Made by a program: the position numbers and the translations under genes. Positions 39,284-52,383 of a DNA stretch of 64,000 nt are shown here, in pieces. Below the pieces are notes generated by a model that searched no databases, had not been told where the DNA came from, and saw only the letters and a program-made list of their open reading frames with translations. Source of the stretch: Phoronis australis (taxonomy: Eukaryota; Animalia; Phoronida); the NCBI GenBank assembly GCA_002633005.1, contig NMRA01000642.1:62001-126000 (forward strand). The letters are read 5' to 3'. Every line of letters begins with the position of its first letter. Position 1 is the stretch's first letter.

Positions 39284-40480
39284 TCCTCTCAAAAATATAA
39301 ACAGCCTCCCGTTATTGTTCCAGTTCTTCTGTCACCTCACTTGCAAAAAGGCAGCCTACGCCCTCTACCGTTATATATTCCACTGTATTACTACAGCACC
39401 ATGTTTCCAGTCATCTACATGTACACTAACCTACATGTACACCCGCTCCATTGCAGTCTAATTACCGAATATTCTACCTATGGAAATTGACTCGTACATG
39501 TAGTTCACTTATTTTTTGCTAGACAATGACTTATTGTTTTGTACTCAAACCACCTGTGTCCGCATTATTAACAGTCGCTATACAATACATTAATAACATA
39601 GCAATTACAATTATGGAGTCCCTCGAGGAGATCCCGTACATAATTACTTTTTGCCATGTAAATGTTTACTTTAATCCTTACTCGCCATCTTCAAAGATGG
39701 CTGACTCAAGAAAATCCCAGCAGATACTGTGAGTTTAGTCAAATTCATTGCAACAGTCGTTACTGGAACCACAAAGAAAATGTTTGTGTGCAGCTATTTT
39801 CGGGCTACGTTCCGCAGATGTAGGGTTCTCGTCACTTTTACAGGGCCACATCTCGCGAATGCTTACTTGATCGTGTTTTTTCGCCGTGGATCTCATGTAC
39901 ACGGAAACCACGCTTGTTTGCATGTCTGCTTTTCTCGTACTTTGCCAACCAGAATTTCCAGTTGTTTTCCCAAAGTTCTTTATTTAAGATTTGCGGCATG
40001 ATTAGTTGACCTCATTTACTGAGCACAGTCTCCTACCCTAGTAGTGCGAGATAACGATCTACGAGGTTATTGGTGATTTATATTTTGTTATTCATGTTAC
40101 TGACTGTATTATGTACTTGTTCCATGTTAGTATTTATATGTGTTGGGTCATTAATCAGTAGTCATTAGCGAGCTGTTATGTATTGCAAGCCCCAGTTCAC
40201 GATTGTTAGATCGTGGTGCTGTGCATGTACATGTAAGTGCTATTGTACATGTAGTTACAGCTGCAGGTACCAGTGTTATTTTCTTCACATATTTGTAGGC
40301 GGCGCTACAGTAACCAACTTTATTTTCCTCATTTGGAAATCATGATTAATGTCCAATTTCAATTTATCATTACGCTTAATCCCAAATTATCACCAACCTT
40401 CAATACCACGACTATCGCTTGTTGGCTAGTTTCTTCAAGTGCTCGCCTTAATCATACTGCTTTCACATCTCTCTCGGTAG

Positions 40481-40696
40481 TGAAAACCATGAAGTTTCGG
40501 AGGAGGACGCATTTAAAACGTATGACAAAAACAGCGATGAAGAAATTACTGCCAACGAGGTGACGCTCATACTAACTGCCCTCGGGATACCGATGAACGC
40601 CACAAAATCATCACAGGTTATTTCCGCTGACGATGAGAACGACGACGGAGCTGTGACCAAAGATGAGTTCAACTATTCTTTTAAAGTTTTTAAGAA
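40481..40696 (+). CDS. EF-hand gene 2, exon with EF1 and EF2
   Basis: ctctcggtag acceptor, AA|gtgagt donor, 216 nt, phase 2-2; loops DKNSDEEITANE and DENDDGAVTKDE. Not called in the ORF track. Confidence 0.9.
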
Positions 40697-42689
40697 GTGA
40701 GTGATCAGAATTAATCGTCTTTGTTGAGGAAAATGAAGGATACATGTAGGGGATGTACATTGCCTGCCACGTGGCAACTTCATAGTCTAGAGATGGTTTT
40801 CTCCCAACGAGACCAACATATGGTGGGTAAGAACACCGATGGTTCTTACATTTCGAGTAATTGCTCAAGTTTAGAACTTCAAAAAGCCACGTTTCTTTAC
40901 TCCCAATTTTCTATATGCAATCGATTCTTCCCACTGCGAAAGAAAACCAAATATCAAGTGTTTCCTTTGCCTAATTGTACCATCACCAAGCAAAGAACGG
41001 GACACCTGTGATACCGCTAAGAGAAACAAAAAACCTGGCACTGAGCCACTTATATTTAAGTTTCAATAGGATAAATCACTTATTCTCCTGTAGCGTGCAT
41101 GGTCCACAACTATCCCCCTCTCAGTCTGTACAGCTAGGCAACTCAGCGAAAGGCAAAGCAATCATTTTGAGCCGCTGTTTTACTTTAGTAACATTTGCTT
41201 CTGTGAGGCGGGAACAAGTGCGAGAGAAACCCTTAAATCCCACGGACAACTCCAGGTTTGTCATGAATCCTTGATACTCAATCGCCACTGTGGCACCCGC
41301 TTTTTGGCCCCTGCAACCCCATCTATGCCATTCCCCTTCCTGCATCAGTTTTACCTCCATCCCCTCTATCGTGCCCGCAGAAGTGCCCACGACCCCCGTC
41401 CTCACAACCCCCTCAACCCACGAACTCCTCGACCCAGTCTACACAAGCTCGACTCGATCTGAGCAGAGAACAAGCTCTGACTTGCAGGACCAACGAGTGT
41501 GGGAGTGAGCTCATCTCGCATTTTACTATTTTTTTGCAAGTAAGAGAGTCGATTCGGCAAGTTTGAAGGGCAAAAAAACTCGACCAAATCAAATTAGATC
41601 CTTCGCACGTCTGTTGCACCGCAAATGACATCAGACCACCTGCACTGTTTTTTTTTAATTAGATCTAACAATGTTATGAATCGTCTCGTTTCCGGCAGAG
41701 TGTAATGGTTTCGTCTGCTCTTCAGTAAATGACAGATTCAAGCTATTTTTCGGAGAGTGCGAGAAGACTTCTGCTGTGTAATTACTTCAGTAAACACAGG
41801 TTGAAAATAACAAACTGTTACCTAAAAGTATCTCAAAGTTACATGTAGTATACAGTGTATTTCGCAAGCAGTTATGCCGTTCAATCCGCCATCTTTTTGA
41901 TCACATCACGTGACCTAATGAATATAAGTCCGAAAAGTATATTCTAAACCAGTATACGACAGAAAACAAATAATTAAAATGTGAAGTTATGTGTATTCAC
42001 GTTAACTTACTCTCTCCCTAAGTACATGTACATGTACACTGTATAACAGAAGCACGAGCTAGGCCATTGGTAGCCGCTCGTTGACCAATTTCCTTGACAT
42101 CGATAGCACGATCACAATGAACTATTTCAGATTATGGTTCTTCACCACTTCCTGTTTTGAACCACTACCCCTGAGCTAGAGCATTATTCGCGTTTGGTAC
42201 GTCTTATGTCACCCAGTGACGTACATGTATTATGACTATGAAATGCGCAGATCTACATGTATTGCCGTGGTCAAGGGGGTCGTGATGCGAGGGGATCGTG
42301 GGGTATGGGGTCGACGTTTTTTTTAGAACATTCCTGCTGAACAGCTGTCGCACGCGACACACACTGCCACGCGGTTTCTACTGTGTTCGATAAGCGAGTA
42401 AGGCTAGTCTCCCATACCTACCACCTGATACATGCACTGTAGTTGTTTCGCTTCCGTCAAAACACGACAAAGAGTTGCATTGTCTGTTGTATTTCTTTCA
42501 TGTTAACAAACTTTTCACAACTCTTCCAGATGGGAAATTATGTCAAATATTTGATCGATATTTAATAGAAGATAAACGCTTTCAATTTTCAATTCTAAGT
42601 TTGTCTGTTTGAAACCGTGCGAAAGTGTACATATGTAATTCACTGCGCGCCGCATAGAGGTTGGGGCGGGGGGGGGGGNACTAAAACAA

Positions 42690-43975
42690 GGAAAAAATGG
42701 AGTACCATCTTCAGTACTGTGAACTGTGCGTCTGCGCCTTTTTAGTGGAATTTCGTCTCGTTTCCCTCGGACTTTTTGTTTCTCCGGGGCGGACCTTTTT
42801 GCCCAGTTCGCCAAAATGGGTGGCTCGTACGAGCCCCCGGAACCCCCCCTGGTGCGCGCATGAAAACAACACGGATGAGAGTAACATATAATACGTCTAT
42901 TCACTTGGAAAACTAATACAAGAAGGGGATGAGCACGTGGCCTGTGGCGTAAGTACCACGTGACTATATTCTAATGAAAAACCACAAGTAGTATTGTCAA
43001 TACTCAACAATAAAACAGGATCAATACCTGATAGGCATTATATCTCTTGATTCCGTTTTCTGTAACCTGGGCCTAATGCTTGGCTTTTTAAAGTAGAAAA
43101 CTCATTAAAGTAATGCACTAAAATAGAAGTACTCCAATGGTTTAAAATATGAATTTCTGTTTAATGTAATTGGCCTTAAGCCAGGGGGTGTTTTTCTACA
43201 CGTGTCTATGTTACTCTAAGAAACAAATAAACATACAGTACATGTACACGACTGTTGACTGGAAAGCTTCGAACATATGCAATGTACTAGTACCTAATTA
43301 GACCTGTGCAGAAGACGCAAGCCAAAAGAAAACTGGAATTCGTAGATACTAAACCTTCTCAAATCTTATTGATTTCTAGAGAGATTTTTACACGCACATG
43401 TCACAATACGCAAACGCATACAAATCAGTACACGCATGCAGAAACATGCACGCGTTCGCGCACACGGACACACACGAGCGCACGCACGCACGCACGCACG
43501 CACACACACATGCACACGTAAACAAACATAAAAACATAAACTTCAGCTTTTGGAGTGCCGAAGGTAACAAGTATCTATTACGAATTTCACTATGAATTTT
43601 AATTGAAACAAGATAAACGGTTACAGTTTAAAGTATTTTTCGTTGTCACAATCAACAGCCCAAAACCTGACATTGGTTTCCTGTTACGAGGGACTTTGAA
43701 ACATTTTTCAAGCTCAAGCGCACCCAGCCTAAAATATAGGGGATCTCGAATTTTTCGATATGCGGACGTTCCACTGAATAAAATCAACGAGGCCTAAGAA
43801 AATAAAAAACGGGACCACTAGGTTCAGGCCTACGAATTGTGCATCCTCGCCGAATTCCTGTGGACTTTTGTCTCGTTTCCCCGGAATTTTTGTTTCAATG
43901 AGGCGGACCTTTTTTGCCCAATTCGCCAAATTAGGGTATCGTTCGAGCCCTCGAGCTCGCTTTGGGTGCGCCAAT
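42690..43975. repeat. Two diverged direct copies of an about 170-bp interspersed repeat (42690-42861 and 43803-43975)
   Basis: Shared gtctcgtttccc...ggcggaccttttt...gccca.ttcgccaaa...cgagccc...ggtgcgc. Confidence 0.7.
43390..43520. repeat. (CACG)n/(CA)n degenerate microsatellite
   Basis: Directly visible. Confidence 0.85.
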
Positions 43976-44124
43976 GATGAATGATGCTACATGTCCATAT
44001 CCTAGCAAAACTTCAACCAAAACCCTTCGAATTGTGTACTTTCTTAGCTTTAAATTATCTACTTATTTATCTGCCCAACTTCTAGTGCTTTTCGGTTGCC
44101 CTCGTTCCTAATCAACTCCCTTAA

Positions 44125-45790
44125 AGGAATATGCCACCCAAAAACAACCTATTTTGTATCAATTTAGATAGAGTAGTTCTACTCGATAACGGCACGTTCG
44201 GTTGCGTTACCTGACACCTGACGTCAGGCGGAGGTGTTGAAATTATTCAATGACGTAATTGGTTTCACACGCAGTCTGCTAAGCAGTCCACAACACGGGT
44301 TACTGGTGTAAGGTTATCGCTTGAATTTATCGTTTAACACCAATAAATAATCGAATTTCGACGTAAAACCCTTAGAAATACACCGAGTTCTTATAAAAAC
44401 GTGTTGTTTTATTTCGCCGTTACGGATTTATTTTTATTTGGACACACTGTAGCCTACGCAGTTCGGCAGGCCAATTTACCAAGGTCCATAGCAGGAGTTT
44501 GGGGTCTGTTCTGAGATAAATTCGAAGTATTCTTCCGTGAAATACAGGCACGAGAACCTAGAACTGTGTTGTTTAGAATTATGATTTTTTGAGTTCTAAA
44601 CACACAAAACGCTTGTTATACCGACCATGCCTCGTAACGCGATCAGGTCCGTCGCGGCCGGACTGACTTGTTATCCCGGCCAGTAGCTCGGAGCCCGACC
44701 AGGCCCGTCGCGGACGGGGCTGGCACAAACATAAACCAGCTCGAGTTAAAAACTAACGACAGTCAGGAAAAGACTATAATGGTGAACCAAAGAAATAATG
44801 AGAATCAGCCACGAAACGGAAATCTACTTACTAATTGTCGGGGTCCGCAAAGTCGGGTACCCCTTCCACAGACCGTCAGGTCAAAGGTTGTACAGTAACA
44901 ATGATTTGAATAATGTATTTGTATTTCTTAATAAAGATTCCCCTAACATGTGACCATGAATATAAAATCGACTAGTTGTTTCACAACAGCTTTCTGTTAG
45001 CAAACACCGAATTAGCATGCGCTCACACGGCCTCGGTGCCCGGTCATAGCTGGTATTAAAACCCGGTAACGCAGTGGTTTATTCATTACTGGCTTCTCAA
45101 TTACACTCACAAATACTGCAAAGGCATTGCAAATTTTACCTAATGAGACAGACTTTGTTTCAGTTTGATATAAGCATTGGTTAGGATGGGAATAATTCAT
45201 TTTGAAACAGAACGCAGAATAATAAACGTCTACATGGCAACTCGCCCGGCGCCAATCCCGACTTAGTTAGTCAAGAGCTCATCTGACGAAGATTTCACGG
45301 ATTGGTAAGTTTCACAGGTATCAGTTCGAACCGGAATACTTTGATCAAGAAATACCAGAGAGGCGCCGTGAACATGCACAGGCAACGGAACGTATGGATA
45401 GTTCTTTAGTAAGCCGGAATTCGTCAGAGAAATCACTGTCGACGAAATGCCGGCCACAGACACAGAGATGCTTCACGGCCTCATACTTGCTATTAACAGC
45501 GTACCTTTTATTTTTCACTACCGTGAGCCATTTCCTAAGCATGTCGGCCTCGCGAGGAAGTCGGAAAAACGAAATACCCGCTTTCTTTCGCAGCTTCATT
45601 GTTCGGACAAGTGGGAACCGATTCACCGCGAAATAGCGGCATTCACTCTGCATACGAACCACTGATGTCGCTGCGTCGTTTCTCACCTTCCCCACAGGTT
45701 AACGCGACACCTCTCGGCAAGGTGAAGTCGACCGTATAAGATGCGATTAAGACGGTAAAAAAGACTAAATATATCTGGTGGCATTCTCCT
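44125..45790 (-). mobile_element. Kolobok-type derivative with a THAP remnant
   Basis: TTAA at 44121-44124 and TTCA at 45791-45794; TIRs aggaatatgccacc / ggtggcattctcct. ORF 45345-45695 (-) reads GISFFRLPRE..RKWL..VCGRHFVDSDF. Confidence 0.75.
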
Positions 45791-46338
45791 TTCAGGCTTA
45801 GTTGAAAAATGTCACAGCACAGAGTTCACGCGCTTCGATATACCATCTACAGGTGTAGTAATAGCATCAAGGCTAGAAAAACAACTGGATTTGGTAAATT
45901 GAATGAGGCAAGTTTGATTATTTGTATCGGGTATTGCTGCAATATATTGCAGGTCAATGCTGTACATGAGTAATCACTTTTGCATAGGACATGAGGACTC
46001 GACTACAGTTGTTCACAGGTGTCGCGCAGGCGCCAGTAAATTAATAGCGCGCGCTACAGGAAATTCCATCTCGAGTATTAAATCTATGGTTATATGCACC
46101 TTGCACGTGAGTTTTTTCACACTTCAGAGTGTAAAATTTGTAACAAGCGCCGCCTCGGAATTCTCAACTCGCGAGCGTAATGTGTAACCCAGAGATACAT
46201 GTAGACACATAAAAATCGTGTGACCTTACATTTGGCTTCAGTCTAAAATCAAATGCACTGGCCCCAGTTTTGTTCCCGCCCCTACAATTTTGCTTCAAAT
46301 AATGAATTTTTTCATTCGTTAAACGCAATTCTTTCCAG

Positions 46339-46612
46339 AGCAGTCGAAATAGCTGAGCAAAAAGCTGTTTCGGCTTTCGACAAAAATGGTAATGGCGAGA
46401 TCTCCTTTGGGGAAATCAAGAAAATGGTTGTCGATACCCTTGACATCGAAGAAGCTACTGAAGATGAACTCAAGGAATTGGAATGGGTCGCTGACACTAA
46501 TGAAGACGGCAAATTGGATACGACGGAGTTTGCTCTCTTTCTACACCCTTGTATCATTTCTGTTGCAGAATTTGCCAAAGAGAAAAGTGGTGATAAGAAT
46601 GATGATGAATAA
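46339..46612 (+). CDS. EF-hand gene 2, terminal exon with EF3 and EF4
   Basis: tttccag acceptor, in phase; loops DKNGNGEISFGE and DTNEDGKLDTTE; TAA overlaps AATAAA. Spliced CDS is 543 nt (180 aa). Confidence 0.92.
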
Positions 46613-47019
46613 ACTTATGGTATAACGTGCCTAATTTTGATTCTTGGCAAATCGTTTGTAAAACAAGCTTTATCGATTTCGTTGACAGGTCACAATTACA
46701 AGTGTCTTGGGACCAGTAGTGTGCAGAAAGGGGGGGAGGGCAACGGCCCCGTGTGTCCACTTCGGGGAAGGGGGGGGGGAAGTCGAANGAATCAAATGAA
46801 TCGCTGTGGATAAACATTTTTACTGATTTGTACTTAACTTGAACGAAGATTCTATTTTATGATCCATTTTTTACTTTTCTTAGTATTATTGTACACATAT
46901 TTATGTAGAAAGAGGGGCATCACATAGAATTCGCCATGGGTATCAACAAACCTTTGCTCGCACCTCGTGTCTCCAGAGTGGAAACGAGCGGGTCTGACCA
47001 ATTACACACATCACGAATT

Positions 47020-47205
47020 TTTGGCCGACCGGTCGGAAATTGGTCGACGACCGGCCGTCGACCGGTCGTCTAGCCGACCAGCAGCCGACCAACAACGGTC
47101 GGCTAGGAGCCGTCTGCTTAGTCGCCTCTGTGGTCGGCACTTGGGTCGGCTAATTGGTCGCCTAGCGTAGACGACCAATTCGGATTAAGCGTGTCCTTGG
47201 TCGGC
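47020..47205. repeat. Cluster of CCGACC/GGTCGG motifs with nested palindromes, probably a MITE subterminal array
   Basis: gccgaccggtcgg, ggtcgacgaccggccgtcgaccggtcgtc and similar motifs. Confidence 0.5.
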
Positions 47206-47452
47206 AATTACCATTTTATGACTTAGCGGGTGAACTTTGGACAAACAAAAACTGTTCGTTTACCAGTGGCAACTCCGGTCTTGACATCGGTTTATCAAAT
47301 TTTGTTCAACTATTAAATGGAGGTAAAATCGAATCAACCTACAAATACGAAGTGCGTGGCNCAATCACTTATTTCTCTAACCTTTGGCCCTCGACAGCTC
47401 ATGAACAAAGATTGTTTTTCTGGTGAGCTAATTGTTTATTCACAACAATTCT

Positions 47453-49879
47453 TAGTCAGGTTTGTTGTGTAATTTTGTTGGAATTATTTTGGGGAAAGTG
47501 GAAACTATACATTTTTGGAAACCTCATCGAATGACAAATCAGAAAATAATTGATTCCATTTTGGCGGCCATGTTGGCGGCCATCTTGGATTTTTAACAAT
47601 GGCGCCGGTAAAATGGATTTGCCCAATATCTCTGCTTTTGGGTCACTTAGAATGTTGCCTTTTAAGACTGCACCTGCATTTCTCAGGTCAAGGAATTGGA
47701 AATTTAATTTTTTTGGCGGCCAAATTGGCGGCCATGTTAAATTTTTAAAAATGACGCCCGTAAAATACATTTTGCTCAATATCTTTGCTCTTGGGTCACT
47801 TAGATTATTAGTATTAATGGCTGCACCCACATTTTTGTGGTCAAGAAATCTGAAAATGCAACTTATTAAATGAGAAACATAATCAAAAACCCCTTTATTA
47901 GCAGCCACATTTTCTAAATACATTCTTCATGTAATACAACACCTGATCACTATCTTACTTTCTTGTATATTTTGTTCGGAGCTTGTTTCTTTCAAAACCC
48001 TTAAACTAAACCAGTACCTAAACAACTTATTTACGCTTAAAGAACACGGAAGTATTTTTTGTAGTGTCAATAGTATTTCAAACTTTAAAATCAGTCTATA
48101 GATCATTACTATAGCCATCACTGTCACCAGGAACCACATCATCACTATTCTAACATCGTGCACTATACTGATATAGATTTGTGTAAGATAGGTCCGTTGA
48201 TGGGCAAGAGCATCTTTGGGAAGAGTAATTGTTTTTGCACTGGCATCTAACCATCTCAATGATAGCCTCTGGCACCGGAAGCTCCTCAGTTGTGAGGGTT
48301 TCAGCTGGTCGTCTTTGTCTTTGTTAATTCATTCCGCAATGGGTCAAAGTACTCCTGTCGAGCAATGACTGCCTGGCCACACACTCTGGGATGCTATTTG
48401 TGACTTTAGGGACAAAGGTGAAAAGAGGTTCACCTGTTACTTCATAAGCAGTACAAAAAGGCTGCTGTGCCTTCAAATATATATTCAACCTCCAGAATGG
48501 GCCAGTGTTGTCTGTCCGTGTAAAAGTATGGAAAGCACGAAGAGCCTTTGCGCGGATAGCAAGGGCGGATCCATGATTTTGAGTTGGGGGGGGGGGAGGA
48601 CGGCATAGGAATAACCAGAATTTCGCCAAATGCGCACCACCAGCCTAAAATGTAGAGATGCACGGGTCTCGAATTTTTGGGTTTGTGGACCTTATTACTA
48701 TGCAAAATCGGTAATCAGAGTTTTTTCAAAGCCTATGCATTGTGAATTCGCCCGCGAGCTCCCCTGGATGCCCGCATATGCTAGTCAGCAATTTGCACCC
48801 CAAACATCCAAATGTTATCTAGGAGAATTTTAGGAGGGGCCATGCCCCTTTTGCCCCCATAAATCCGCCACTGGACAGCACCAAATACTATCCATATTGG
48901 ATTCACGTCCACAATCCCAGATGCATGGGGACTGAAGTATTACTGAGAAGCCTGTCATACTAGGCAATGACGAGTACCAGTATTATGGGACTAAAACCTC
49001 GCTTACAGCTTGAGGACTGTCCTGTTCTAAGACCTCTGCTTCGGAAAGTTTCTGCAGAAGGTGGATTTCATTCGATTTGTCTGTGCATGACAGCATTGTC
49101 TCACTGGCAGCAAAGAATGCTCTTGGCATGAGAGTGAATCCATAGTGGCTGATAGCATGTTTCTGGTCGATTTACCCTGCAGGCTACAACTCCTGTTGTT
49201 CTCGTCATTGATCCTCAGCCTGTGTACTGCGAAACCTATCGGCCATCAGACTGTCAAGGCAAAATGCATTTCCATTGAGTAGAGGAGAGCTGGATTCCAA
49301 AGTGAATAGTGGAAATAATATCGAAATCTTCAAAACATATGTCTGAAATCTCTTTTCAAATAGATATAGATTAATCTGCGTTTCTGTGCTTCCTTTAAAT
49401 ATTCTGAGTGTTTGTTGCTGCTATTAAATCATTTAGATTACCTTATCATTTTAGAAATACTGTTTTTAAATTCCTTACCCCACAAAGTTTGGGTCCAGCC
49501 ATTAAAACTAACATTACAAGTGACCAAATAGCAGAGATACTGAGCAAAATGTATTTTACGGGTGCCATTTTTGAAATTTCTAGATGGCCGCCAAGATGGC
49601 CTCCAATAAAATTAAAATTTCCAATTCGTTGACCTCAGAGCTGCAGGTGTAGCCATAAAAACTAACATTCTCAGTGACCCAAAGGCGGATATATTGGGCA
49701 AAATCTATTCAAACGGCACCATTTTGAAAATCCAAGAGGGCCGCCAAGATGGCCACCGAAAAAATGGAATCAATTATTTTTTGATTCGTCATTCACTAAG
49801 GTTTCCAAAAATGTATAGTTTCCATTTTCCCCAAAAATTCCAACGAATGTGAACAATTTGGACATAGTGAACCAGACTA
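47453..49879 (-). mobile_element. Internally deleted Academ (AcademX-type) DNA transposon
   Basis: TAG...CTA termini; TCT TSD at 47450-47452 and 49880-49882; about 430-bp imperfect TIRs. Minus-strand remnants KALRAFHTFTRTDNTGPF (XPG-like) and PVPEAIIEMVRCQCKNNYSSQRCSC (Cys-rich CXC-like). Confidence 0.85.
48562..48872 (+). mobile_element. MITE (GGCGGATC family) nested in Academ
   Basis: agggcggat / atccgccact ends; flanks ggatagca / ggacagca form a 7/8 putative 8-bp TSD (hAT-like). Confidence 0.7.
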
Positions 49880-50531
49880 TCTAAGGACAGTCTTGAACAG
49901 TTTAGACTTTTATCAACAAAATCGAGGTATGTGTCGTCAGATATAATCACCCGTAGGCGTTTTGATCAAAATGTCTCATGTGTAGACACGTACATTTGTT
50001 ATCCTGACGGACAATAGCAAACCCATGTGGTCAAACCGCATTACATAACATAAGTTACATTAAACTCCTTACATGTAATTACTTATTGCAATTCATTTAT
50101 TCACCCAGTTCATCAGCTTACTATTATTAAAATGACTTATGCTTATTAAAATGACATGGGCAAGAAGTTGTGCGGGGCCTCAAAAGTGGGGTCCCATATA
50201 TTAATAATAAATTCAATGGGATTTTAATAAAAATAAGCAATTTAAATAATAAGATGTTTTATGGCTTTACATGGATGACATCACGTATTTACATGTATTA
50301 AACATTTAACAACACTTAGTGGTCTCAAGCATCGCAAATGGAACAGAGAAGACGCATAGTTGGCGGTTCTGAGACACCTGACCCTCGTGTGTGAGTGTTA
50401 CAGTAATCAAGGGTTTCACGAGTAATGTGTGTTGACATCTCGCTAAGACCCTCCCATGTGATGCCAGAGTGGTAAACTGCTTCACCAGAAATGTGTGTTG
50501 ACATCTCGCTAAGACCGTTGCATGTGAAAGC

Positions 50532-50765
50532 AAAAATATAAAATAGTAAAACTAGTGAAACTAAAATGACGAGCGTTGGTACTAAAACACATTAAAATAT
50601 CGAGTGATGCGCTCTTTCTGAAGGGTGTGCTACAGACAAAACAGTTGACCACTGTAGCACACCCTTGAGAAAGAGCGCATCGCTCAATACGTGGTGATAT
50701 TTTAATATATTTCAGTACCGACACTCGTCCATTTAGTTTTACTAGTTTCACTATTTTATAGTTTT
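50532..50765. mobile_element. About 230-bp near-perfect fold-back element (MITE)
   Basis: aaaatataaaatagtaaaactagt...gggtgtgctacag / ctgtagcacaccc...actagtttcactattttatagtttt. Confidence 0.8.
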
Positions 50766-51662
50766 ATTCGTCGATAACTGCACGGCATTGCAACATCTAT
50801 TTGAAAGCAAAATGATCAACTGCTTCATAAGAAATGCATGTTACCATCTCGAAAAGACAATCGACGCGTAGATCCTAGAGCGTCAAACTGCTTCGGGAGC
50901 AGTGCAGGTCCAATATGCTCCATCGATCATGATAAATTAACTAAATATTCACCGATATAACACGTGCTGAATGTAAATCTATAGATTATGTTGAAATTCG
51001 CCCACACAGAAGTTGTACAAGTTTTACCGGTAAAAATCAATTTGATTTTGTAATTTGAAATTACAAAGTCAATATAATATAAGTAAGTTTTATTAGTGAC
51101 AATTTTAACACACACGCATAAAACATATAACTCAAAGTTTGAAGTTACTGACATCGTCTCAGAAAATTTGCAACATTGTAAAGGTTTCGTGTCCAATACC
51201 CGGTATTCCTGTTTTAATTGTAGGGGTTCGTGTCTTAATGGTCGGGGTTTGTGTTTTTCGGGCTTGTTAGCAGTTTTGACGATGCAGGTGTCAGTTTCGA
51301 ATCCGGGATATCTAGTTTATACCGGGATTCCAATTTCGATGGAACACCTTGAGGTTGATATCTTACGTGATCACGATTACATTCCACTGCAGCGCCATCT
51401 AAATACAAGTGGCGAAGTGTATGCGCGAAGACTGGAGGTGTGTTTAGTAGACAAAGTCTCTCCTGATAAAAGCAAGAGCTCGCAAGCCTTTGCAAGAGGG
51501 GTAACATGCAAGGCACGTGACCTTAGCGAGATTCTATCCTGGCTTTTCTCGCTAGAAATTAAGAAAGACACGGTATCAGTCTAAGTGGTTGCAGAGAGTT
51601 GTCAATCGACAGACTCCGTCAGAACCACAATGTATGGCACTACCGCGAGTAATTTGGAACAC

Positions 51663-52160
51663 TATCTCGCAGTAAAACATCCAAAGCATTCCACTCTAAA
51701 GCAAATAAGTACATACATGTATATAAGAGAAACTATGTCAGTATGAACTTTAACTCGGGGTAAACAACCCAAATTATTCCACTCCACAACAAATGAGTAC
51801 CAACTTCAGAGATATACGTCTTTTGGACCGCCAACTCGCGGTGAAGAACTCAAAGTGATTCCACATCAAAGTAAACGAGTGCATATTTGAAAAAAATATA
51901 TATCAGTAGGAAGGATAACTCGCGTTAAAGAACCCAAATTATCCCACTTCAGAAAAAATGAGTACATATTCAAGTAATATATGTCTGTCTGCAGTAACGC
52001 TACAATGGTGGGTAGAGAACACACATTCCAAAACAAGTCAGTACACATTGAAGCAATGTATGTCTGTTAGTAGGAACGATAACTCGCGGTAACGAACCCC
52101 TAAGTGTATTACTTCAAATCAAACAAGTACATCTTTAAGAAATAAATGTATATGTCTGTC
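51663..52160. repeat. Degenerate tandem repeat, about 83-bp period, about 6 units
   Basis: Recurring aactcgcggt.aagaacccaaa...ccact....aaatgagtacat. Confidence 0.7.
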
Positions 52161-52383
52161 TGTGATGCAACGCATAGTTTAACTCGACCTTTCCATGTTC
52201 ACTGTTTTTCCCGTGGCGTGGCGGTGTGATCTTTATGTAAGACGTCTGAAATGAACAGTTCAGTTACGTATTTTACTTAAAACTCCTAAATTAGGCAATA
52301 CCTATGAGCGGCGTCTAATCTTTGAATTTGAAACCTTAAGTGGTCTCAGCAAATACAATTAAGTGACAATATTAATTAAAACA

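Noticed and set aside
41121-41631. Pro/Thr/Ser-rich overlapping ORFs
   Set aside because: Low-complexity C-rich intronic sequence with no motif support.
47456-47923. 155-aa and 107-aa ORFs with repeated WPP/WRP motifs
   Set aside because: Translations of the Academ TIR modules.
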